Of a DNA stretch of 39,997 bases, positions 17,291 through 26,036 are shown one piece after another. The stretch is from a virus. Its lineage: Duplodnaviria; Heunggongvirae; Uroviricota; Caudoviricetes. The DNA lies in IMG/VR virus record IMGVR_UViG_3300049215_000227, positions 1 through 39,997 of that record, one strand, 5' to 3'. The notes under the pieces were generated by a model that had not been told where the DNA came from, made no database searches, and saw only the letters and a program-made list of their open reading frames with translations. Within the stretch, counting starts at the first letter, position 1. Every line of letters begins with the position of its first letter. Position numbers and translations under genes: made by a program.

Positions 17291-17300
17291 TTAGTTCTCC

Positions 17301-17318
17301 TTAACTTTCGAAAGTTAA
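17301..17318. promoter_or_regulatory. Perfect 18-bp palindrome TTAACTTTCGAAAGTTAA in the capsid-operon leader
   Basis: Self-complementary sequence between the TGGTATACT box (17334-17342) and the Shine-Dalgarno of the 17290 gene. Confidence 0.6.
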
Positions 17319-17333
17319 AACTTGATAGTACCT

Positions 17334-17342
17334 AGTATACCA
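17334..17342 (-). promoter_or_regulatory. Extended -10 element TGGTATACT for the capsid operon
   Basis: agtatacca on + strand in the intergenic gap. Confidence 0.55.
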
Positions 17343-17384
17343 TGGCCTGTTACTTAAACACGCCCCAGATACCTACCTGTTACC

Positions 17385-19067
17385 CTATGTTGCTATTGCT
17401 CCTAAGAACAACTTATGTAGCTTCTCCATAGGAAAAGATTTGCCACAATCTCTACACTTGACTTGGTATTTAGAGTAAATCTGCTCCTTACCACAGTCAT
17501 CGCAAGTTACGTATTTAAAGCTGCCTCTACCGTCATCCAGCGACTCAGCTTGCAGAACGCCGCCCCCGGTATTAGCGGTTGGGACGCCAGCCCCGCCGTA
17601 TCCAGCTGATAATGCTTTCTTAAGATGCTTCTTTGCGTGCACCTTAGCTTTAGCCGGTGGAAGTAGCTTCTTATAAGCTTCAACGACCTTCTTGACATAA
17701 TCAGAGTCATTAATGCCGCTAGGGCCACCCTCTTTGTATTTTTCCCAAGCACCTTTAAGTCCATGATTCCACGAATGAATAAGCATGTCTAAGTTCTTAG
17801 TCTTGTGCTTATTTCTGCTTAGCAAGGCATCCGCAAAGTCATATGCGGCTTGAGGATTGGAGTTGAAGAGGTCGGTGAACATCTTGTGGTTAGCCTTCAT
17901 ATCCTTAGCTGCTTCTGCAAACTTAGGATATTTGGCGGAGAGCTTTGGATCGTTCCTCAAGATGTAACCTGCTGCGTTAGGCATCATGCCGAACATGCCG
18001 CCAGCTACTTGGCCTGCATGCATGCTGCTCGGATCTCTGATCGCCTTATGAGCATAATTGAGACCGCCGCTAGACTCGATCTGACCGATAGCGCCGAGAA
18101 GAGGGTTTCTCTTAGCGAACTGCTTGTACATCTCTTGATGGTTGGCAGGCATCCTGGTGAGATCCATGGGATGCGCTTCCTTGAATTGAGTTTGCTGCTG
18201 AACTGTGGGAGCGGGAGCATGCGCAGTTTGAGGCGCTAACGCTGCAGCACCGGTCATCATGGCGCCAAGAGCAGCTTGCTTCAAGCCCTTCTCCATCTCC
18301 TCGTTCTTTATCTCCTCGACCAGCTCGTGGATCTTCGAGACGTTGCTCTGAATCTTAGCTTCCAAAGCGTACTGCAGGATCTCTTGCTTAGTTGGGATGT
18401 CGATGGCTGAATTGTCGCCCTTCATGAGCTCAACGATCTTCTCGATGTTGCTTCTCACCTTAGAGGCTGACGCGTCGCGAGCGATGTGACGGAACGAGGG
18501 GATGTTCGTTTCCGCAAGATGTATAACAGATTTGATCAATTCCATATCCGCTGCGTCATCGGACTGAGACTTATCAAGGTTCAGCGGTTCAACGAGCGTA
18601 GCGACGTTCGCAGGAGTAAAAGTAAGTGCGACGCTATGGATTTTTGTTCGAGCAAGAAGAGATGGATCGGAGATCCCTCTTGAAATTACTCCGCCTTCTA
18701 CGGAAGCTTTCAGTTTCAGCGGGCAATCCGTCTTATGAACATTTCTCAAAATGGCAGCGGCGGCTTTTGCATTTGGATGATCTTCATCGTCATATAAGAA
18801 GCCGCGGACATATAAGTACGGCGCCTTAACCTTGTTCCAGTAGTAGCGCTGACGGTCGTCGTCGCAATCTTCTTCCTTAAAGATTTTCTTGGCGGTAGAG
18901 ACCCTACCAATAGAGTTGAAGAAGCCCTTACCGTGGTTATCGTTTAGACGACCCTTTCCGGCAAGAAGATCTGCTATATCAGCTCCCTCAACGGAGAGCA
19001 TCTCACCCTGGGTATCCCTGAGTTGGGACCCGGCGCACATATCAATCTCAAGTGGTTTCTTAGACAT
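17385..19067 (-). CDS. Prohead protease fused to a lytic transglycosylase (SLT)-like domain, a capsid N-terminal motif copy and a Zn ribbon
   Basis: Protease motifs RDTQGE, NDNH, ASVEG, ALTFTPAN. SLT motifs AIGQIESSG, GMFGMMP, SWNHG, YVKKV. C-terminal KALSAGYGGAG..GGVLQAESL and CDDC..CRDC. Confidence 0.8.
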   Translation of the reverse strand: MSKKPLEIDMCAGSQLRDTQGEMLSVEGADIADLLAGKGRLNDNHGKGFFNSIGRVSTAKKIFKEEDCDDDRQRYYWNKVKAPYLYVRGFLYDDEDHPNAKAAAAILRNVHKTDCPLKLKASVEGGVISRGISDPSLLARTKIHSVALTFTPANVATLVEPLNLDKSQSDDAADMELIKSVIHLAETNIPSFRHIARDASASKVRSNIEKIVELMKGDNSAIDIPTKQEILQYALEAKIQSNVSKIHELVEEIKNEEMEKGLKQAALGAMMTGAAALAPQTAHAPAPTVQQQTQFKEAHPMDLTRMPANHQEMYKQFAKRNPLLGAIGQIESSGGLNYAHKAIRDPSSMHAGQVAGGMFGMMPNAAGYILRNDPKLSAKYPKFAEAAKDMKANHKMFTDLFNSNPQAAYDFADALLSRNKHKTKNLDMLIHSWNHGLKGAWEKYKEGGPSGINDSDYVKKVVEAYKKLLPPAKAKVHAKKHLKKALSAGYGGAGVPTANTGGGVLQAESLDDGRGSFKYVTCDDCGKEQIYSKYQVKCRDCGKSFPMEKLHKLFLGAIAT

Positions 19068-19077
19068 ACCACTTAAG

Positions 19078-19086
19078 ATTATACCA
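19078..19086 (-). promoter_or_regulatory. Extended -10 TGGTATAAT 10 nt before the protease ATG
   Basis: attatacca on + strand. Confidence 0.65.
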
Positions 19087-19095
19087 GGGCTCTAA

Positions 19096-19290
19096 CTATG
19101 ATTGTTTGCGTTCTACCCGCATTTGCCAGTCTGGGCTGTGCGGCAATTCGCCGCCTACGCCACCATTGGCACTAGGATCCCACTGATAGGGAGCTATGTC
19201 GATAAAAGTTATAAAGAAGTTATTAAGGATACCAAGTTCGCTGAGCATCCTAATAAGGTTGCCTAGAACTCTAACCTTTTGCTCGGTCAT
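19096..19290 (-). CDS. Small hypothetical protein
   Basis: 64-aa ORF, ATGA-coupled to the upstream gene. Confidence 0.55.
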   Translation of the reverse strand: MTEQKVRVLGNLIRMLSELGILNNFFITFIDIAPYQWDPSANGGVGGELPHSPDWQMRVERKQS

Positions 19291-19697
19291 CGGTATATTT
19301 TGTAGTCGTCGTCAGAGAGAGATTCGCCGACAACGCTTTCGCCTTCCATGTCCTCTTTTAGGGTACGGAACTCATCCGTCTCGCGAATCTTAGCGAGAGC
19401 TATCTTCTCGGTCTTCTTGACGGCGTCCACTGACATGCAGTTTAAGGATGCGACTTCTACGTCGGAAGGAGGCTTATCGCCTGCATAGTCTTGGATGTAC
19501 TTAAAGAAGCAGTAGTTGGCCAGCTGATGGTTAACAGCCCACGGACAGCCAGGAAGCTTTGATTCTTCCTCCTCCGTGAGCTCTCTACCTGCAGTCCTTA
19601 TAGCTCTTAGCCTCATGACAGCAAGTGGACACCATTCGTTCGGTAGACACTCGAGACCCCGAGGGCATCTCTTGTCCATCTTGTTGTCATCAGACAT
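19287..19697 (-). CDS. Cys-rich protein with sigma-70 region-4-like HTH
   Basis: PSDVEVASLNCMSVDAVKKTEKIALAKIR resembles the region 4.2 pattern T..EI......S.E.VRQIE..AL.KLR; N-half has five Cys. Confidence 0.6.
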   Translation of the reverse strand: MSDDNKMDKRCPRGLECLPNEWCPLAVMRLRAIRTAGRELTEEEESKLPGCPWAVNHQLANYCFFKYIQDYAGDKPPSDVEVASLNCMSVDAVKKTEKIALAKIRETDEFRTLKEDMEGESVVGESLSDDDYKIYR

Positions 19698-20326
19698 TAA
19701 GCGTTCCCAGCTACCTCAGCAACTTGAATAGTAGGACTGTCAGGAGATAGCGTGACCGTAGTTGGCTGTCCGTCTCCTGCGGCCTGCGCCACAACAGGCG
19801 GTTGCCTAATTGCAAGCAATTCAACTTCATGATCTACTCCATTTAGCTTCACAAGAGCCTTTGCACCTGCTTCACGACCCATAAAGGCCTTGATAAGATC
19901 AGGCACGCCGCACTCGGAAAGCTTCAGACGCGAGCGGAAGATTCCCTTGTCAGGATCTTCGGTCTTGGAGGTCAAGATAACTGTACTGCGCTCGTCAACA
20001 ACCGTGCCGACAGTATACTTGCCTTCTGCGTCTTCCTTGTCAGAGGCCTCATTGAAGTCCTTAAGACGAAGCTCGTTCGCAACGTCGGCGAGAGCCTGAA
20101 GGTCAAGGCTAGAGACTCTTTGAACCGCCAAGATCTTGTACTGAAGCTCGTTGATGAGGCCCAGGGAATTGCCGAGGTCTTCCTTCATTCCCTTGAGGTT
20201 TTGAAGAATTTGCTGCGTCATCATCTGATTGATGCGCACAGCCATGGAGAGGTTTTCGACTTCCTTCTCCAGAGCTCGAAGTCTTTCTTTACGGCCAGCT
20301 TCAGGCTGCTGTCTAAAACCCTTCAT
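19697..20326 (-). CDS. Coiled-coil protein with GreA/GreB C-terminal-like (FKBP-like) domain
   Basis: N-terminal helices, then STVIL...PDLIKAFMGREAGAKALVKLNGVDHEVELLAI resembling the Gre CTD pattern SP...AL.G...G........G.....I..I. Confidence 0.45.
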   Translation of the reverse strand: MKGFRQQPEAGRKERLRALEKEVENLSMAVRINQMMTQQILQNLKGMKEDLGNSLGLINELQYKILAVQRVSSLDLQALADVANELRLKDFNEASDKEDAEGKYTVGTVVDERSTVILTSKTEDPDKGIFRSRLKLSECGVPDLIKAFMGREAGAKALVKLNGVDHEVELLAIRQPPVVAQAAGDGQPTTVTLSPDSPTIQVAEVAGNA

Positions 20327-20484
20327 TTCGTTAACTCCTTTTGCTTCAAAGCAGTGTCAGCTTTTACAGCTTCAATTTCTGCTTTAACCTTTTCTAGCTC
20401 CAACTTTGCTCTTTCAACTTGAAGTTTACCCAACTCAATTTGAGTATCCATCATTGATGCTTCGTATTCTTGCTGTGTAGCCAT
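20323..20484 (-). CDS. Small coiled-coil protein (53 aa)
   Basis: Manual translation MATQQEYEASMMDTQIELGKLQVERAKLELEKVKAEIEAVKADTALKQKELTK*; overlaps both neighbours (TAATG and ATGA). Confidence 0.75.
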   Translation of the reverse strand: MATQQEYEASMMDTQIELGKLQVERAKLELEKVKAEIEAVKADTALKQKELTK

Positions 20485-21311
20485 TAGGTCTCCTTATCTT
20501 TCAATCTCTTGCAGAAAAACTTTAGCAACTCAATCTCTTCATTGGTGAGTCCAGGAGTTGCAGTTTGTGAACCCAGTATCTTGCCGAGCTCCAAATTCAA
20601 GAAGTGTCTCACACTTCTTTCTACCTCATCGTACGCAGCGCCCTTGCCTTTTATGATCCGTTTGGAGAGGACCTCGTTGATGATGTTGGCGCGCTCGAGT
20701 TTAAGTTGTTCCTTAGTCTTTGGCGCTCCACTTCCGTTATCAGAACTGGACCTATCACTTGCAGCCTGATCAGAAGCACTAGCAGTCTCCGCGTCTCCGG
20801 ATTCCTTAGCCACGTTCCCCTTTTTACTCTCGGTCGGTAACGGCTGGACTGCATCTGGAAAATCCTTTAACGTCTTGCGCTCAAAACCGTACTTATCGGC
20901 CATAGCTGAATAAAGCGATCTAGCTTTGACGAACTGAATCTTGGTTAACGGCTCGTTGTTCTCAACGCAGCGTTGCCAGTGAGCCTCGCTGTTAGGATCG
21001 TGCATGAGGATGCGCATCACCTCCATGTTGTTCTCGATCTCTCGTAGAACCTCCATGGCCTCATCGTCGATGAGAGGGGCGCGATTGTACACCTGTGGCC
21101 AGACCATCTCGCCGTAATGGGAGCGATCTAGAACAACGTCTCGGCCCTGGATGCTAGTGAGTAAGTCGACCATCTCGCCGACATATTGATCGGGTGATGT
21201 GCCCTTGGGAGGAGCCGACATGTGGATGATTTCAAACCCCTGACTCTCAAATAGTTGAGCGACAGAAGATTTACCGGTCCTATCAAGACCTTCAAGAATT
21301 ATTAGCGCCAT
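20484..21311 (-). CDS. P-loop nucleoside monophosphate kinase-like protein with C-terminal extension
   Basis: IILEGLDRTGKSS Walker A and LDRSHYGE motif of the thymidylate/dNMP kinase family. Confidence 0.75.
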   Translation of the reverse strand: MALIILEGLDRTGKSSVAQLFESQGFEIIHMSAPPKGTSPDQYVGEMVDLLTSIQGRDVVLDRSHYGEMVWPQVYNRAPLIDDEAMEVLREIENNMEVMRILMHDPNSEAHWQRCVENNEPLTKIQFVKARSLYSAMADKYGFERKTLKDFPDAVQPLPTESKKGNVAKESGDAETASASDQAASDRSSSDNGSGAPKTKEQLKLERANIINEVLSKRIIKGKGAAYDEVERSVRHFLNLELGKILGSQTATPGLTNEEIELLKFFCKRLKDKET

Positions 21312-21321
21312 AATCGATGTG

Positions 21322-21329
21322 ATTATACA
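21322..21329 (-). promoter_or_regulatory. -10 element TGTATAAT 10 nt before ATG 21311
   Basis: attataca on + strand, overlapping the stop codon of the upstream small ORF. Confidence 0.55.
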
Positions 21330-21475
21330 ACCAGGATATGAAACTGGGTGGCGATATTAAGGGCTTGCTCCTCGTCTATGATGCTTAGACGATATAGAAC
21401 CTTAGTGAGCATCATAACGGACTCTCTACGTTCCTTAGTCAAGACCTCTCCTGTGTCCTGCCTAACGTAGATCAT
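21323..21475 (-). CDS. Small hypothetical protein (50 aa)
   Basis: Manual translation MIYVRQDTGEVLTKERRESVMMLTKVLYRLSIIDEEQALNIATQFHILVV*; ATGA-coupled to the portal stop. Confidence 0.6.
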   Translation of the reverse strand: MIYVRQDTGEVLTKERRESVMMLTKVLYRLSIIDEEQALNIATQFHILVV

Positions 21476-23445
21476 TCGTTGTCGAGCTTATTGATGGGAT
21501 TAGGCATTACCTTGCCGCCAATGTTGGCAGCCTTAGTGGCACCAAATTCCTTAGCAGCACTTTTAAGTCCATGCTGGACCGCGTCGCTGGCAGCCTTAGA
21601 CTTAATCTGCTCCATCTCAAGGTCATGCTTCTCTTTGTCACGCTCGTGCTTAGCTTCAGCGTGCTCATGCTTCTGCTGCTCTTGAGCCATCTTCATTTGC
21701 GCTTCTTGAGATGCAGCATCTTGCTGAGCGGCCATCTGCGCTTCCTGCTTCTTCACGTTATCGATGGTGAGAAGTAGTTGCTGCCAAGCCAAGAAAGCTT
21801 GATCGCCAGGAATGTATTGCAACTCTCTGCGTGAGGATGCGCCCTTATCGCCGAAGAAGAGTTCACGAATCTCGCCTCTCGTGTAGTTCTTCTCTACGAG
21901 TGCCCAGAACGCTTGGTTAAGCGGAAGGTCAGCAGCTGCCTCACCGATCTTCTCCTTCTGCGCCTGCTTGAGGAGGTCGTTCATCGTCTTCCAGACAGTC
22001 ATCTCCGCCTGCATCTGAGCAATCTCAGTTTGAGGCGTTTCCTCTGTCATTCCGGTGAAGACAAACTTGTACTTAGACGCTAGACTCTTATCGAGGGCAG
22101 GAAGAATGTCACAGTTAATGACATCCTCGATGAACATGAGAAGCGGAACGAGTCCACGCTCACGAGAGTAGGTAATCTTGTACTCGTTGGAAGCCTGCTG
22201 CATTGGAGCGCGTCCGTTGGACGAGATCAAGTAGTCAAGGCCAAGTTCAACCGGATCGATTTGGAACTGAGCGCAAAGGATACGCATCAGGTGGTTGTTG
22301 TAGTTGAGGTATTCCATCTCGCGAGCGTTCGCGGACATTGGAACCCATTGAACCTCATCGAGACCCGCAACGATTGGCGTTCTCCAAGCATTCTGGTGGC
22401 CAGTGATGCTGTTATAGAAGGTTCTACGGAAATTAGTTAGCTGTTGCTGAGTAACAGTACCTTTAAGGTGAAGAACACCGCGAGCAGCATAGCCATGCGT
22501 AAAAAAATTAGCGTTGTAATTTTCGACATTCAGGTGGTTCGTAATGTTGATAATTGCAAGCTCAAGAGGCGAATAGCAGTAGCCCATTGAGTCTGCAAAG
22601 TTTTGTGGGTTAAAAAGCTTAAAGATCATGTCCTCGTCGCCGAACGTGGCTAGGGGACGGTTGTCGTACGAAATCTGAACGTACTTGATAAAGTCGTTTT
22701 CAACCTCATTAACAACTTGATCTGCCTTAGGATCGTTATCGCTCTTAGGACGCGTGAGTTGATAATTCTTCATCGCGTTGGAGCTAACTTGCTCCTTCGA
22801 CAAAGCCTTATTGATGAGATAAATAGACTCAGCGGGAAGCGGACGAAATCTGTGCAGACCGCCGGCTCTAGTCTTAACCTTCTCAATAGCAACATGTCCG
22901 AACGTGAGAGCATCACGACCGATCACCTTCAAGAACTCTCCGAAGAGTTTCTTGTCGTCAGCTGGAGTACCTTCCTTGCGACCACAGTGGTAGAGAAAGT
23001 CCTCGATCTGTGCTATTTCCTGCTTCTCTTCGTCAGTGTAATGAGACTCAGAATCTTTCTTAACGATTCTATATCCCATCTCAAAGCGACGATGCTCAGG
23101 ACGCGAGAAGCGAACTAAGGTATCAACGCGGCACTGGATGATCGCGGAGATGAGCCAGTCACGAACAGAGACCTCTTTAAGAGTCTTGTTAGAGATGCGG
23201 GTAAGTTTAAATTTATAGTTGACCTGACTACCAATTAAGTCAAAGTACGGGTCGTCAACATATGCCTTGCGACCAATCTGCTTGCTAGCGTCATGATCTG
23301 TCTCCGGCACATCTGGAAGCTTATCTCCATCAGCTACTTCTGGAGTGCTAGGCGCAGCCGTAGGCGAAGAGATGCCATCAGCCTTAAGAAGCTCGTCAAT
23401 CTGCCCCTTAACCCTATTTTTAAGCCAATCGTCGTACCAAGCCAT
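21472..23445 (-). CDS. Portal protein
   Basis: GYCYSPLELA, NANFFTHG..ARGVL, GHQNAWRTPI and MEYLNY...I.CAQFQIDPVELG motifs of HK97/Herelleviridae-type portals; follows the terminase. Confidence 0.92.
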   Translation of the reverse strand: MAWYDDWLKNRVKGQIDELLKADGISSPTAAPSTPEVADGDKLPDVPETDHDASKQIGRKAYVDDPYFDLIGSQVNYKFKLTRISNKTLKEVSVRDWLISAIIQCRVDTLVRFSRPEHRRFEMGYRIVKKDSESHYTDEEKQEIAQIEDFLYHCGRKEGTPADDKKLFGEFLKVIGRDALTFGHVAIEKVKTRAGGLHRFRPLPAESIYLINKALSKEQVSSNAMKNYQLTRPKSDNDPKADQVVNEVENDFIKYVQISYDNRPLATFGDEDMIFKLFNPQNFADSMGYCYSPLELAIINITNHLNVENYNANFFTHGYAARGVLHLKGTVTQQQLTNFRRTFYNSITGHQNAWRTPIVAGLDEVQWVPMSANAREMEYLNYNNHLMRILCAQFQIDPVELGLDYLISSNGRAPMQQASNEYKITYSRERGLVPLLMFIEDVINCDILPALDKSLASKYKFVFTGMTEETPQTEIAQMQAEMTVWKTMNDLLKQAQKEKIGEAAADLPLNQAFWALVEKNYTRGEIRELFFGDKGASSRRELQYIPGDQAFLAWQQLLLTIDNVKKQEAQMAAQQDAASQEAQMKMAQEQQKHEHAEAKHERDKEKHDLEMEQIKSKAASDAVQHGLKSAAKEFGATKAANIGGKVMPNPINKLDNE

Positions 23446-23451
23446 GCGATA

Positions 23452-23459
23452 ATTATACC
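23452..23459 (-). promoter_or_regulatory. -10 element GGTATAAT 6 nt before the portal ATG (leaderless)
   Basis: GGTATAAT-TATCGC-ATG; no Shine-Dalgarno. Confidence 0.65.
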
Positions 23460-23479
23460 TTCTAGCGACTTAAAGTGTC

Positions 23480-25429
23480 CTATAGACTCCAAATGAAGCC
23501 ACCGGCCCCACCATTAGAGTCATCATCGTCGCCGCCACCATCTTCAAGCTCACTAGCCTTTCCTATCTTACCTAACTTAGAACGATCAGGTTCCTGAGTA
23601 TTCATCTGGATACCCTGCGTCATAGCATACTCGACAGGGGTAGGCATTCTATGAAAGTTTCCTTGAGCATCTTGCAGTCCAGCAGCCGTATCATTCAGGC
23701 CACCACCCAAGATAATAGTAGTTTTACCAAAGAGCAATGTCATTGGGTATCTTAAGGCGTCAATCCAGTGATCGTGCTCAGTATCAGGATCGTCAGTTAT
23801 GTTGCCTGCTGCGTCCGCTTTATAGTGATAAAGACTGAACTCCTTAACGAGCGGTAAACACATATCCTTCGCAAGGAATAGCTTAGCTTCAGTAGAACCT
23901 GGAATCTTTAAGAACTTCTTGATGACCTGAATACCGGCCATGATCTCACCCTTGTCCTGGTTGGCAACAGGGAGACCTGCCTTCTGCATCTCAAGGATAG
24001 CACCTTGGTCGGCGGCGTCAGGAACGTAGAGTTGGCAGCGATACATGGTGTGATACTTAGTTTTTATGTGATGAATCCATGTAGGCGTGCTGATTTGGGT
24101 CATGCCGTCAGTCTTAACCACGTATATGTTTTCTCTGGCGTCTACAAAGAAGAACACAACTGTGTTAGGTGAAGAGAAACCCCAGTCGATGCCGGCGTAG
24201 CAAGGAAGTCTAAGTTCGTGGCACTTCTTGACGAATATGTCGTGCGTGCATTCGCCTGGAAATTCTTTGCCTACGAGAAGTTGCCACATCTCATTCCAAG
24301 TCTTAACGTGGATCCTCTCCTCAAACTCGCGGAAGATGATGCCTTCGACAGAGGGCTTCAGATTCATGAGCTGAGCCAAAGCCCAATCCGCACCTTCGGC
24401 GCGAACCTTTTGGATCATCTCGTTGAGAGTCTTAAGCATCGGTGAGGTAGAGGTTTGCTTCTTAGCATCTGTTAAGCAGATAGAGAAGAGTGGGCATTTA
24501 GCGCACCCATCAAACCCCTTATGATGAACGTACTCCTTCTGCTTATTCTTCTCTTTCTTAAGAAACTGTTCCTCAGTAAGAACTTCAAGCTTTTCCTGAT
24601 TGACATACAGATCGATCTCTTTGGTACCAGACCTGCTGTCAGGGCAGCGCTCAGTAAACTCGAACGCGGTCCAGCGACGAGCGACGCGCGTCTTGTCTGC
24701 AGTTCCCTCAATCTCCTCGAGCTTCTGGTTCATGAGACCGTAACGAGACTTACGCGTAGAGATACCTACACGAAGAGCCTTCTTACCACTCTTAGAGTCG
24801 AGCATGCCTGAGATTTCTTTGAACGCCTTGACGCCTTCACCAGAAACCGTATCAATCTCGTCGACCACGACTAGGGGAACGTGAGGTCCGTTACATGCCT
24901 TAAGAGTACACGGAAGAACTTCAAGAGTGACCTTATCGTGTCCGACATTGAAGATAGACTTGGACATGTTAGCCTTCTCCAGGATACGAAGATCTTCTGG
25001 AATATCAGGAGGAAGGACTATGGGTTTCAGCTTGCGGTTATAAAGGAAGTTCTTCTGGTACGCATAGCAGCGCTCAGCTTGGTTCTGGATGGCGCCGACG
25101 TGAACGACGTCACGCTTGTCGTGGAGAAGGATCATCAGCTCAGCGATAGCCATGCCGAGAGTCTTACCAGATCCTCGTCCTGCAACGAAGAGAAGCTCTT
25201 GAATATTGTCTGGGTTCTGACCCAAGACGCAGATGCGATACACTTCCCAGATAACGTCTAGGGGATTGGTGTCTGAGTAGCGGGAAACAGTAACGTCTGG
25301 GAGCTCCGTAATGCCGCTCGGCCCCAGATGGTACTTGATCCAGTTCTTTAATTCTTGTCTAGTTTTGCAAGGTGTTAAGAGCAGCTTCTTCTGCTGCTCA
25401 AAAGTCAACTTACTGGTCGCTTTGCTCAT
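23480..25429 (-). CDS. terL: Terminase large subunit
   Basis: Walker A AGRGSGKT, Walker B VVVDEID, nuclease motifs GIDWGFSSP and DHWIDALRY. Confidence 0.92.
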   Translation of the reverse strand: MSKATSKLTFEQQKKLLLTPCKTRQELKNWIKYHLGPSGITELPDVTVSRYSDTNPLDVIWEVYRICVLGQNPDNIQELLFVAGRGSGKTLGMAIAELMILLHDKRDVVHVGAIQNQAERCYAYQKNFLYNRKLKPIVLPPDIPEDLRILEKANMSKSIFNVGHDKVTLEVLPCTLKACNGPHVPLVVVDEIDTVSGEGVKAFKEISGMLDSKSGKKALRVGISTRKSRYGLMNQKLEEIEGTADKTRVARRWTAFEFTERCPDSRSGTKEIDLYVNQEKLEVLTEEQFLKKEKNKQKEYVHHKGFDGCAKCPLFSICLTDAKKQTSTSPMLKTLNEMIQKVRAEGADWALAQLMNLKPSVEGIIFREFEERIHVKTWNEMWQLLVGKEFPGECTHDIFVKKCHELRLPCYAGIDWGFSSPNTVVFFFVDARENIYVVKTDGMTQISTPTWIHHIKTKYHTMYRCQLYVPDAADQGAILEMQKAGLPVANQDKGEIMAGIQVIKKFLKIPGSTEAKLFLAKDMCLPLVKEFSLYHYKADAAGNITDDPDTEHDHWIDALRYPMTLLFGKTTIILGGGLNDTAAGLQDAQGNFHRMPTPVEYAMTQGIQMNTQEPDRSKLGKIGKASELEDGGGDDDDSNGGAGGFIWSL

Positions 25430-26036
25430 TGCCGCCTACAACCTGAGCCAACAGAGTTCCTGCGTCTGTCTCTTCAGGCTTTTCCTCTTCTTTTTTGGGC
25501 TGCGGCGGGGAGAGAGCTTCGAACATCGGAGATCTCTTATCTTTAGCTGCAGGCGTAGCTCCCGAGACAATCTTATACAGGGTCTCTGCTACGTCCTTAT
25601 ATTCTTTCACACTCTCGATGCGCAACGTTGGTTTTGGGTTGTTCACCGGGTCTTGACAATATTTTATCATAGTCTCAAGATGTTCGGCATTAGTTACCGA
25701 CATCATGGCCGTAAGGAAGTCAACTTGCTCAAGAACTGACTTAACAACCTTAGCGCGAACCCTGTCTTGCAGGGTGTGCATCATCTTGTCACGGTCGTAG
25801 GCCCAACGACGAAGGGACGCAGTAAGGGCAATTTGACCTAGTTCGTATTGAGGAAACTGTTGGGCGATTTTAGGTAGTGATTCGCCGAGTAGATACAGTT
25901 CGAAGAGTTTAGCTGCTTCAAGTTCTTTAAGTGCACCTGCAGTTTTATGCTTTCTTAGGTATTTTTCAGCTAGCTTAATTTCCTCTTCGCTTAACCCGTA
26001 TCTCTCTTCATCCGTGAGTCTTTTCTTTAACGCCAT
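25410..26036 (-). CDS. Probable terminase small subunit
   Basis: HTH-like segment LFELYLLGESLPKIAQQF, helical, directly upstream of and overlapping terL; ATG 26036 preferred. The call is positional. Confidence 0.5.
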   Translation of the reverse strand: MALKKRLTDEERYGLSEEEIKLAEKYLRKHKTAGALKELEAAKLFELYLLGESLPKIAQQFPQYELGQIALTASLRRWAYDRDKMMHTLQDRVRAKVVKSVLEQVDFLTAMMSVTNAEHLETMIKYCQDPVNNPKPTLRIESVKEYKDVAETLYKIVSGATPAAKDKRSPMFEALSPPQPKKEEEKPEETDAGTLLAQVVGGNEQSDQ

